From Myxococcota bacterium (GTDB taxonomy: Bacteria > Myxococcota > XYA12-FULL-58-9 > JABJBS01), in the NCBI GenBank assembly GCA_036339465.1, contig JAYZAY010000048.1, forward strand, positions 1 to 42,427: 42,427 bases of DNA, read 5' to 3'. Below, piece by piece: positions 1-7,835 of the stretch. The notes below the pieces were generated by a model that had not been told where the DNA came from, did not search any database, and saw only the letters and a program-made list of their open reading frames with translations. Made by a program: the position numbers and the translations under genes. The stretch's first letter is position 1. Each line of letters begins with the position of its first letter.

Positions 1-1
1 G

Positions 2-2380
2 GGATTTAAGTGTGATTTCCATGATGAGACATCAGGTTATTGCATTCCCGATGGCGAAAGTTATTACGAGATGAAACCCTGCGGTACTTCGAATAGCTGC
101 GAAACCGGTTATGAATGTGTGAATGGTCCGAAGTTTTGTCGGCAGATTTGCGATTCTACTTTGACGGCCACGACCCAATGTTCAGAATGGGAGGAATGCA
201 CCAGCGATGGTTATTGCCAGCCTAAGCCCCATGAGAGTGGTGGTGGTGATTGCCCCGAATCTCACCCCGTTCGGTGCGAAACCCCAGCAGGAAGTTTTAG
301 CTGTGCGCCGGAAGGGGCTGATTGTTCGACCATGGGGACCGAACATGGTTGTTCATCGGATGCTCCGGTTCCCTGTTATGACCCATCGGGTAACCGTTAC
401 TGCGTGAAGGATGGGGAGTCTTGCGACGTGAGCGCCTCAATGGATTGCTCTCAAGATGCCAACGTTTGTGATAGCGACGAGGTGTGTGTTGAAGAGCCCT
501 CCCATTGTTTGAAACCTTGTGATAGCGAAGGTAAGTGTGGGGACAGTGGTTTCCACTGCGATGATGATGGTTCTTATTGTGTTCCGGATCCTAATTCGGG
601 GGCCGACCATCCTTCCGGATTTCATCCATGTGATTCAGTGAGTGTATGTGACACCGGTTATTACTGTGTCACCGGTCCGACGGTTTGTCGTCAGAGATGT
701 GACCCCTCCGCGACCGACAATGCGGATTGTGATGAGTGGGAGGAATGCAATTCCGATGGCTACTGCAGGCCCAAAACATCTGGACATGATAACTGTGTTT
801 GTAGAACCGACTATGAGCCCGTTTGTAGTCTCGATGGCATGAGGTCTTATTCCAATGATTGTTTTGCAAAATGCGATGGGGTGAATGAATTTACCAACGG
901 CGAGTGTACGGGTGGCAATCATACCATGACTTGTTCCCAGGGTGAATATCCTTGTAATGGGACCTGCGTTGCCGAAGGTGAGAGTTGTGTTCCCGCTGAT
1001 TGTTACTGCGATACTTCCACCGATTGCGATAATGAATCAGGCAGTGTTGGAGAATACAAATGCTCCTGCGATCAGGCTTGCGGCGGGAATGAGTATGGGA
1101 GTGAGACCGGCGATGGTCCCACGGATTGTACGGGTGATACAGACGTTTGTGATAGCAGCGAGGTGTGTGTTGAAGAGCCCTCCCATTGTTTGAAGCCTTG
1201 TGATAGCGGCGAGTGTGGGGACAGTGGTTTCCGCTGCGATGATGATGGTGATTATTGTGTGCCGGATGGAGGAGACGGTGCTCCGACCGAACCAGCGTGG
1301 TGTGATGCGAGCAATGTGTGTGTGCAGGGCTATGACTGCGTGACTAAACGGCTTTGCCGAACGAAGTGCACGGTGGATGCGTCCGGTAATTTGGCATCGA
1401 CGGAAACGTGCTCTGGGCACGAAGAGTGCGAGGCGGATGATGCTGGGAATGGTTTTTGTCGGCCCCAACAAGTGGATGAGGGGGTGAATACCGGTCATGG
1501 CGTTGATGATCACGGCAACGATGGCAATGAACATGCACATGATTGTTCGCGGCCCTCGATTACGTTTACCATTTTGAACTTGCAAGCGGGACCACCGGTG
1601 GTAGCTCAAGACCGTTGGATGTTTTCGCTCACCCAAACCCCCTTTGTTTTTGCGCAGTATGATCCGAACTTTAACATTAACCAGTATGCCTATGGCGCTC
1701 TTAGCTGGAATGAAGATGGACGGGGTGATGGTCGATGCCAGAATCCCACGGCGGTGACGAACAACGAAGGAAGTGGGGCGATAACCACAGGGAATGCGAC
1801 CGCAGAAGATTTGTCGGTTCTGAACGGGACCGATACGGTGACAGTGTGGACAGACGACTATTCCCTTCAATCTTTTAGTCATATTAATACGTATGATGGC
1901 ACGGGTGCAGCTTGGAATATTGCCGGTAAGGCGGGAGACAAAAGGATGTATAGCGGTGGTGTCGGTGAGATCCGAGTGGGAGGACAAACCGTTCTACGGG
2001 TGATTGACATGCAAGTCACGATTATATCTAGATACCCCGATCAGACCGGTGCCATTGGTGCTCAGATCGGTGCCATTGGAGACGGTGGACCCGTGGGGAG
2101 TGGCGTGGGCATTGGTGTGGGAACCATCGATGTCAATCAGAGTAACGATGAATGGGAGAGAGAATTTGATGCCACTGGAGCGGGGAATACAGGCGCTCAC
2201 TCCGTAGAGTTTTCTTTTGGGACGATGTCACCTACCTTGCAAGGATGCTTTGGTACCTATGAACTTTCCCGTGTTGTGGTGCGTCCGGTCGCCAATAACG
2301 CGGTTTGCGACGATGATGATTTGTCTCGAGATACCGACGAGGATGGAATTCTCGACGTCCTTGACCAGCATGTTCCCTAG
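2..2380 (+). CDS. Large Cys-rich repeat protein, probably secreted or surface-located and 5'-truncated by the window. Contains a Kazal domain, an unassigned beta-rich domain and a C-terminal DxDxDG Ca-binding (TSP3-like) motif.
   Basis: The frame of ORF 71..2380 is open back to position 2 (GFKCDFHDETSGYCIPDGESYYEM...). Repeated Cys modules; Kazal pattern CVCRTDYEPVCSLDGMRSYSNDCFAKC...GEC at 794-907; ends DTDEDGILDVLD. Confidence 0.8.
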   Translation, partial: GFKCDFHDETSGYCIPDGESYYEMKPCGTSNSCETGYECVNGPKFCRQICDSTLTATTQCSEWEECTSDGYCQPKPHESGGGDCPESHPVRCETPAGSFSCAPEGADCSTMGTEHGCSSDAPVPCYDPSGNRYCVKDGESCDVSASMDCSQDANVCDSDEVCVEEPSHCLKPCDSEGKCGDSGFHCDDDGSYCVPDPNSGADHPSGFHPCDSVSVCDTGYYCVTGPTVCRQRCDPSATDNADCDEWEECNSDGYCRPKTSGHDNCVCRTDYEPVCSLDGMRSYSNDCFAKCDGVNEFTNGECTGGNHTMTCSQGEYPCNGTCVAEGESCVPADCYCDTSTDCDNESGSVGEYKCSCDQACGGNEYGSETGDGPTDCTGDTDVCDSSEVCVEEPSHCLKPCDSGECGDSGFRCDDDGDYCVPDGGDGAPTEPAWCDASNVCVQGYDCVTKRLCRTKCTVDASGNLASTETCSGHEECEADDAGNGFCRPQQVDEGVNTGHGVDDHGNDGNEHAHDCSRPSITFTILNLQAGPPVVAQDRWMFSLTQTPFVFAQYDPNFNINQYAYGALSWNEDGRGDGRCQNPTAVTNNEGSGAITTGNATAEDLSVLNGTDTVTVWTDDYSLQSFSHINTYDGTGAAWNIAGKAGDKRMYSGGVGEIRVGGQTVLRVIDMQVTIISRYPDQTGAIGAQIGAIGDGGPVGSGVGIGVGTIDVNQSNDEWEREFDATGAGNTGAHSVEFSFGTMSPTLQGCFGTYELSRVVVRPVANNAVCDDDDLSRDTDEDGILDVLDQHVP
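462..1267 (+). repeat. Intragenic direct repeat, copies at 462-589 and 1143-1267
   Basis: Manual alignment gives ~9 substitutions and one 3-nt indel over ~128 nt. Both copies encode VCDSxEVCVEEPSHCLKPCDS..CGDSGFxCDDDGxYCVPD. Confidence 0.95.
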
Positions 2381-2473
2381 TTTCTTCTCATCTCATCGGG
2401 GCTTATGCAGCGGAAGTCTGTGGGGCTAGAAGAGCGACCTGTGGATCTCGCGTGCAGCGGCAGCGGTGTTCAT

Positions 2474-3415
2474 CTAAGGTGACACCATTGAATTCCTATA
2501 TTCTTCAGAGTCGCCGGTTTGATTTGATCCTTCCAGGTAGGGGTTGATGATATCGTTTTTGAGGCGACGGATAAATTCGGCCCCAAAGATGATGGACAAT
2601 CCGCCCACAATATCTCGCAAGGCCCGGAAAATAAGCATCTCTTCGTATTCTCCGTTGCCGAATTTGCTAAGATCCTCGCCGAAATAAACGGCTTCAAAGA
2701 GGCAGGCTGCCGCGGCACCAAGCAAGCCTCCGGATAAGATCCCCAAAGCGACAATGCCCGCAGGCAATGCGATCCGCATCAGTCCTCCCAACATTTGAAT
2801 GGCGCCACCAAGCATGCAGTGGAGTGATTGCTTGGTGCCTTCGAATCGAATGCTGCTAATGATTTGTCTTTTTCCAAGGGCGACCAATTGTTCTCCGCAA
2901 TATCGAGGGGTGTCTACCACGAAGGCTACGAGTTGGAAGGGGATAAACACCGTGGATGCCAAGGCTTTGGCAAAGCCCCGACCCACTTGTCTTTGTACGA
3001 ACATTTCCTTGAGTCCTTGGAGCAAACCTCGTTTGCCCAACACGAGTCCCTGGAGGGAATGCCAACCCTTCACGGGCTTGATGGGTGGGGGGAAGAGATA
3101 TTCCCTGACGCCGGGAACCATTTGCTCAGGGTCATCGCCGAGAAGCTCGCGGGCTTCGAGGGCGTCGGCCACAATTTCAATGAATTTGTTGAGCGTCTGG
3201 GTGCGGTGAAGACTCGGCTTATTACTCTCTACTTGCGGTGAAGTTTCATAGACGTCTTCGCCGTGAATTTCGTTTCTAACGGTGATGGGATTTTGTTGCG
3301 GCTGCAATTCATTTTGGGCGCGCTGAAGGTTAATCACAGCACCAATGGCCGAGCGCCAGCGGTTCGCTGCACCGGTGGAGCCGGAGCTTGGGATGGTCAT
3401 GGAGCTTACTCTCAT
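2474..3415 (-). CDS. Hypothetical membrane protein
   Basis: 313-aa ORF co-oriented downstream of hisS, with hydrophobic Gly/Ala/Leu-rich segments in the C-terminal half. No family recognised; start uncertain. Confidence 0.6.
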   Translation of the reverse strand: MRVSSMTIPSSGSTGAANRWRSAIGAVINLQRAQNELQPQQNPITVRNEIHGEDVYETSPQVESNKPSLHRTQTLNKFIEIVADALEARELLGDDPEQMVPGVREYLFPPPIKPVKGWHSLQGLVLGKRGLLQGLKEMFVQRQVGRGFAKALASTVFIPFQLVAFVVDTPRYCGEQLVALGKRQIISSIRFEGTKQSLHCMLGGAIQMLGGLMRIALPAGIVALGILSGGLLGAAAACLFEAVYFGEDLSKFGNGEYEEMLIFRALRDIVGGLSIIFGAEFIRRLKNDIINPYLEGSNQTGDSEEYRNSMVSP

Positions 3416-3478
3416 TCAAAATATAATTTACCCGTGAATTATCGGATCGAATTTTCGAGCGTTGCTTGTAGAATGCGT

Positions 3479-4789
3479 TTAGAACCAGGTTTTTTGAATA
3501 AATGTTTGAATTGCAGCAGCTTCCACCCGGATTTGGTCGCCTGTTACCATGTCTTTGAGGGTGAAAAAATCGTTTTTTACTTCATCATCTCCGAGGATGA
3601 GACAGTGGGGCACCTTTCGGGCATTGGCTTGTTTGAGTTGCTTTTGAAGTTTGCGAATCCCATAAAGGATTTCGGTGTTGATGCCCTTTTGGCGGAAGAG
3701 GGTCGACACTTCCACCGCACGGCTCACGTAGTTTTCGTGGGTGGGGAGAATCATGAGTTTGACCACTGGATTTCGAGTGCTATCTACCCGAACTTTAAGT
3801 CGGGTAAAGAGTCGGCTTAATCCGATGGACATGCCCACGCCGGTATGGGCTTCTTTGGAAAAGTTTTCAACCAGATTGTCGTAACGTCCCCCGGAGCAAA
3901 TACTTCCCAAATCCTCGAACTCCGCGCACACGGTTTCACAAACCATGCCCGTGTAGTAGTCAAGTCCGCGGGTAATGGACATATCGAGATGAACGCTGGT
4001 GGCATCCACGCCAAATTTGGGGAGCAATTCCACCAAATCCTTGATTTCGTTGAGCCCACTTGTGAAAGCCTGGCCGTAGTCTAAGGTATCGAGTTGGCTG
4101 ATCACGTCGGCGGCTGGGCCACGGGTGCTCGAGAATGTGGTTAATTTTTGGACCGCCTCATCGGAGAGTCCTTCTTCTTTGAGCAGTCGTGTGACTTCAT
4201 CGGGGCCAATTTTTTCAAGTTTATCGATGGTTCGAAGGACCTCAGCGAGTTGGTTTTCGTGTCCGAGGCCCACGAGAATACCGTCATAGATTTTCCGGTT
4301 GTTGATTCGAAAGGTGAAAGGAGGAATCTCTAGGGCCTTGAGGGTGTGGAACATAGCCGCGATGATTTCGGCGTCGGCGGCCAGCTCGGGGGCGCCCACA
4401 ATGTCCACGTCGCATTGATAGAATTCTCGAAACCGACCCTTTTGAGCGCGTTCGGCCCGCCACACTTTTTGGATTTGATAGCGTCGAAAAGGGATTTGAA
4501 GTTCGTTTTTATATTGGCTCACATAACGGGCCAGGGGCACCGTGAGATCGAAGGGGAGGGAAATGTTATTCTTGCCCTTTTCGAATTGATAGACCTGTTT
4601 GTCGGTTTCACCGCCGCCCTTGGCTAGGATGATTTCCGTGAGTTCCAGGGTGGGGGTTTCAATGGGAAAGAACCCAAATTTTTCGAAACTCCCGCGAATG
4701 ATGTCCTTGAGCCCGTTAAAGTAGGCTTGCTCTTCAGGCATATACTCTTGCATTCCGCTCATGAGGCGGGGGGGAATGATTGCCGACAT
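3479..4789 (-). CDS. hisS: Histidine--tRNA ligase
   Basis: FDLTVPLARY, motif 2 WRAERAQKGRFREFYQCDVD, RGLDYYTG, GGRYDNL, GMSIGLSR. The ATG at 4789 is preceded by GAGGT; the ORF-track start at 4894 is probably too long. Confidence 0.96.
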   Translation of the reverse strand: MSAIIPPRLMSGMQEYMPEEQAYFNGLKDIIRGSFEKFGFFPIETPTLELTEIILAKGGGETDKQVYQFEKGKNNISLPFDLTVPLARYVSQYKNELQIPFRRYQIQKVWRAERAQKGRFREFYQCDVDIVGAPELAADAEIIAAMFHTLKALEIPPFTFRINNRKIYDGILVGLGHENQLAEVLRTIDKLEKIGPDEVTRLLKEEGLSDEAVQKLTTFSSTRGPAADVISQLDTLDYGQAFTSGLNEIKDLVELLPKFGVDATSVHLDMSITRGLDYYTGMVCETVCAEFEDLGSICSGGRYDNLVENFSKEAHTGVGMSIGLSRLFTRLKVRVDSTRNPVVKLMILPTHENYVSRAVEVSTLFRQKGINTEILYGIRKLQKQLKQANARKVPHCLILGDDEVKNDFFTLKDMVTGDQIRVEAAAIQTFIQKTWF

Positions 4790-4820
4790 CGCTTTTACCT
4801 CAGGGTCTATTTCACCAAGT

Positions 4821-4961
4821 TTATTGCGGGTCCATACCGGGATGTGGGCCGGCTGTCGAGGGGGCTGAATGGAAGGACGAACCCTTGGCTCCAACCCCAG
4901 GGTTTGGCTCCCTATCGATGGGTTCTAACCCTAGGGGAAACCAGGTATGAACCCGCAATAA
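4821..4961 (-). ncRNA. Putative structured non-coding RNA in the hisS leader (possibly a short 6S-like RNA or a cis-regulatory element)
   Basis: 18-bp closing stem (4944-4961 with 4821-4838) plus two internal hairpins. Five non-Watson-Crick positions read as G-U on the minus strand. Apical UUCG loop. Confidence 0.5.
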
Positions 4962-5227
4962 CGCGGCAACCGTCGCTGTTTTATTTGCACCTAAGGCCGG
5001 TTTTGTGGGGGAAAAGCGACGACGTGTGAATGTTTTAGGAGCATGGCTGCGTTGTCACCGCCGACACCCTGTTTTTATCGGCTCTGTCTTTATGGGGGAT
5101 AGGGATGATAAATCTTGATGCTGCCCACTTGCACTCTCGGCTGGCTGGCTTATCTTGCGGCGTCTTGCCGACATTCGCCATGGGGAGAACCCCATGGGAG
5201 GAGTGTGTGCGAAAGGGAGCGTTGGGC

Positions 5228-7069
5228 ATGGAGTCGAGGGTTTTGTCGTTACCCAGGGGTGATGATGGCGCAATAGAGGAAGCCTCCCTAGGTGAGATCC
5301 TCCACCGTGTTTTTGGACACACAACTTTTCGGCGACATCAAGAAAATATTTGTCAGGCCGTTGCCCGGGGTGGTGATGCCTTGGTGGTGATGCCCACCGG
5401 GGCGGGAAAGTCTCTTTGTTATCAATTACCCGGTTTGGCGCTGGGGGGGACGACCCTGGTTATTAGTCCGCTGATTGCGTTGATGGAGGACCAGGTAGCC
5501 AAATTAGAGAGTCTTGGATTACGGGCCGAAAGGATTCATTCGGGTCGAAGTCGGCTCCAGTCGCGGGAGGTTTGTTACGCTTATTTGGGGGGGGCGTTGG
5601 ATTATCTATTTATCGCGCCGGAGCGGTTGCGGGTGCCGGGCTTTCCCGAGATGTTGGCCAAACGAAAGCCCACGCTCATCGCCGTGGATGAGGCCCATTG
5701 TATTTCCCAATGGGGACATGATTTTCGGCCTGATTATCGCATGCTCAAAGAACGGCTACCCATTCTACGGCCGACACCGATCGTGGCCTTAACCGCCACG
5801 GCCACCGGCTCTGTGCAGCAGGATATCATGACCGAGTTGGCCCTGGAGCGGCCGCATCGGTTTGTTCACGGGTTTGTAAGGGAAAATCTGGCCATTGAAT
5901 GTGTGAACGCGGCCAAATCGGTTCGCGCGGGTATTGTTCATCAACTTCTGGTGGATTCGGCATCCCAGGAGCATCTTCCCGCCATTGTCTACGCCCTTTC
6001 ACGGCGTGAGACCGAGGAATTAGCGGCATTTTTATCGGAGGCTGACACCAATCTTGAGGCCTGTGCCTACCATGCGGGTATGGGGGCGGCCCAGCGTGAC
6101 GATGTTTATCGTCGTTTTGCCAACGGCGAATTGGACGTCATTGTGGCGACCATTGCCTTTGGGATGGGTATCGACAAATCGAATATTCGAACAGTGATTC
6201 ACACGGCCATGCCGGGAAGTGTGGAAAATTATTATCAAGAAATTGGGCGGGCGGGGAGAGATGGTCAGCTGGCAAAGGCGCTCTTGCTCTATTCTTGGGC
6301 CGATCTACGGACTCAGGAATTCCTTTATGAGAAAAACTATCCCGATGTTGCACTTTTGGACGAAGTTCATCGGGCTTTAAGTGCAGACCCCAAGCCTCGC
6401 GAGGAATTTCTTTCCGAATTTTCCCACGACGACGATGTATTGCTCAATGCCATCGATAAGTTGTGGCTCCATGGAGGATTGATCCTCGATCACAGAGATC
6501 AGGTCAGCCTGGGACCTCGTAAGTGGAACAAGCCCTACCAGGCACAACGCGTCCACAAAAAGTCACAGCTCGATCGCATGATTCAATATGCGCAAAGCTA
6601 TCGGTGTCGCATGGTTCAATTGGTGGGGCATTTTGGAGAAGAGGGTGAAGACTGTGGGCTTTGCGATGTTTGTTCCCCAGAAACCTGTGTGGTGAAGGAA
6701 AGCCAACCCCTAAGCCCTAAGGAACAGCGATGGGCAGGAGGTGTCCTAGCCACTGTCTGGAAGCGACCAGGCATCACTCGCGGGCAGTTGTTTCGGGAGG
6801 AAGGGGAACCACAGCTAAGCAGGGGGGCCTTTGAAGAACGCCTGGGGGCCCTTATTTGTGCTGGACTCCTAGAAGTGGAGGAGGATTGGTTTGAGAAGGA
6901 TGGGAAGCATATCACTTTTGACCGTCTGGATTTAACCAACCTAGGTAGAAAAATACGGGTTGACGTTTCGCGGCTCTCCGAAGTCTATCGGGCGGTGGAA
7001 CCGTGGGGAGGGTCTGGGAAAGGAAAGGGCAAAAAGTCCTCGTTCCGTGCGACCAATGCGCCCAAGTAA
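5228..7069 (+). CDS. recQ: RecQ family ATP-dependent DNA helicase (helicase core, Zn-binding and winged-helix domains; no obvious HRDC)
   Basis: MPTGAGKSLCYQLP, DEAHCISQWGHDFRPDY, TATA, ATIAFGMGIDK, YYQEIGRAGRDG, Zn motif CR...CGLCDVC. ATG 5228 follows AAGGGAG. Confidence 0.93.
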   Translation: MESRVLSLPRGDDGAIEEASLGEILHRVFGHTTFRRHQENICQAVARGGDALVVMPTGAGKSLCYQLPGLALGGTTLVISPLIALMEDQVAKLESLGLRAERIHSGRSRLQSREVCYAYLGGALDYLFIAPERLRVPGFPEMLAKRKPTLIAVDEAHCISQWGHDFRPDYRMLKERLPILRPTPIVALTATATGSVQQDIMTELALERPHRFVHGFVRENLAIECVNAAKSVRAGIVHQLLVDSASQEHLPAIVYALSRRETEELAAFLSEADTNLEACAYHAGMGAAQRDDVYRRFANGELDVIVATIAFGMGIDKSNIRTVIHTAMPGSVENYYQEIGRAGRDGQLAKALLLYSWADLRTQEFLYEKNYPDVALLDEVHRALSADPKPREEFLSEFSHDDDVLLNAIDKLWLHGGLILDHRDQVSLGPRKWNKPYQAQRVHKKSQLDRMIQYAQSYRCRMVQLVGHFGEEGEDCGLCDVCSPETCVVKESQPLSPKEQRWAGGVLATVWKRPGITRGQLFREEGEPQLSRGAFEERLGALICAGLLEVEEDWFEKDGKHITFDRLDLTNLGRKIRVDVSRLSEVYRAVEPWGGSGKGKGKKSSFRATNAPK

Positions 7070-7287
7070 GATTGCGAAGGCCGACATGCGGAAAGTGCGT
7101 TGGGTCATGGGCATTGTGGTTGGGCCTGCGGGGGGATGGAAGGGTGGCACTTTACTTCAGTGGGCCGGGTTCCAAAAACGCGGGTTATTTTGGCTCACTT
7201 GGAAGGAGACATGAGAAGCTTTTTTCGGGTTTGGGTGGAGGGGTGTTTTATTCGTGGCGGACTTGCTAAATGATTTCGGGAGGATTT

Positions 7288-7695
7288 ATGAAAGATAGTC
7301 GAACGGTTTTGGGGGTGGTGGGACTTTGTTTTCTCGTGGTTGCGCTTCAGGCGTTCTTTGAACCGCTTATACTTCTCGGGAACCTAGAGCTGCACATTAC
7401 CGGCATCTCCGGTTTTGCGGAGATCCGAGCCTGTTATTCGGGCACATTTTTTACGTTGGCCTATGTGTGTCGAGTGGGGGTGGTTGATGAGAACTTACGC
7501 CCTTTTGTCCTAAAAATTGTGTCCATGGTTTTGGGGGTTTTCAGTGTGGCGAGATTTGTGAGTTTGGGATGGGATGGTCAACCCAATGACTTTTCTATTC
7601 TTATTCATGTGGCAGAGACCCTCGGATTTTTTGCCTGTTTCCGCGCTTGGTGGTTTGAGAATGTGGAAGATGTGGATGAGGCCATCGCTGAGTAG
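7288..7695 (+). CDS. Small four-TM membrane protein (DUF4345-like)
   Basis: GGAGG SD then ATG 7288; four hydrophobic segments; EIRACYSG and RFVSLGWDG resemble the DUF4345 pattern as I recall it. Confidence 0.6.
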   Translation: MKDSRTVLGVVGLCFLVVALQAFFEPLILLGNLELHITGISGFAEIRACYSGTFFTLAYVCRVGVVDENLRPFVLKIVSMVLGVFSVARFVSLGWDGQPNDFSILIHVAETLGFFACFRAWWFENVEDVDEAIAE

Positions 7696-7835
7696 AGGTA
7701 AATCCTTGGGGGGCGTTCGGCTCGTTTTCACCCCAGGTTCATGGGAGTTTTGGTGTTTGGGCGCGATGACTCTTTCTGAACGAGGTACTTTATGTAAGAC
7801 AGTTCTTCAAGGTCCGACGAGTGAGGTGTATGCCC

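Noticed and set aside
462..1267. Repeat pair as a DGR template/variable repeat
   Set aside because: Differences are not confined to adenines of one copy, both copies are in-frame coding, and there is no reverse transcriptase in the window.
1037..1987. 316-aa antisense ORF within the Cys-rich gene
   Set aside because: Antisense shadow of a repetitive coding strand, with no recognisable features.
4821..4961. T-box, His attenuator or retron msr-msd
   Set aside because: No T-box GGUGG antiterminator motif or terminator, no His-rich leader peptide, and no adjacent reverse transcriptase.
7211..7273. 20-codon ORF MRSFFRVWVEGCFIRGGLAK after AAGGAG
   Set aside because: SD spacing is very short and there is no other support.
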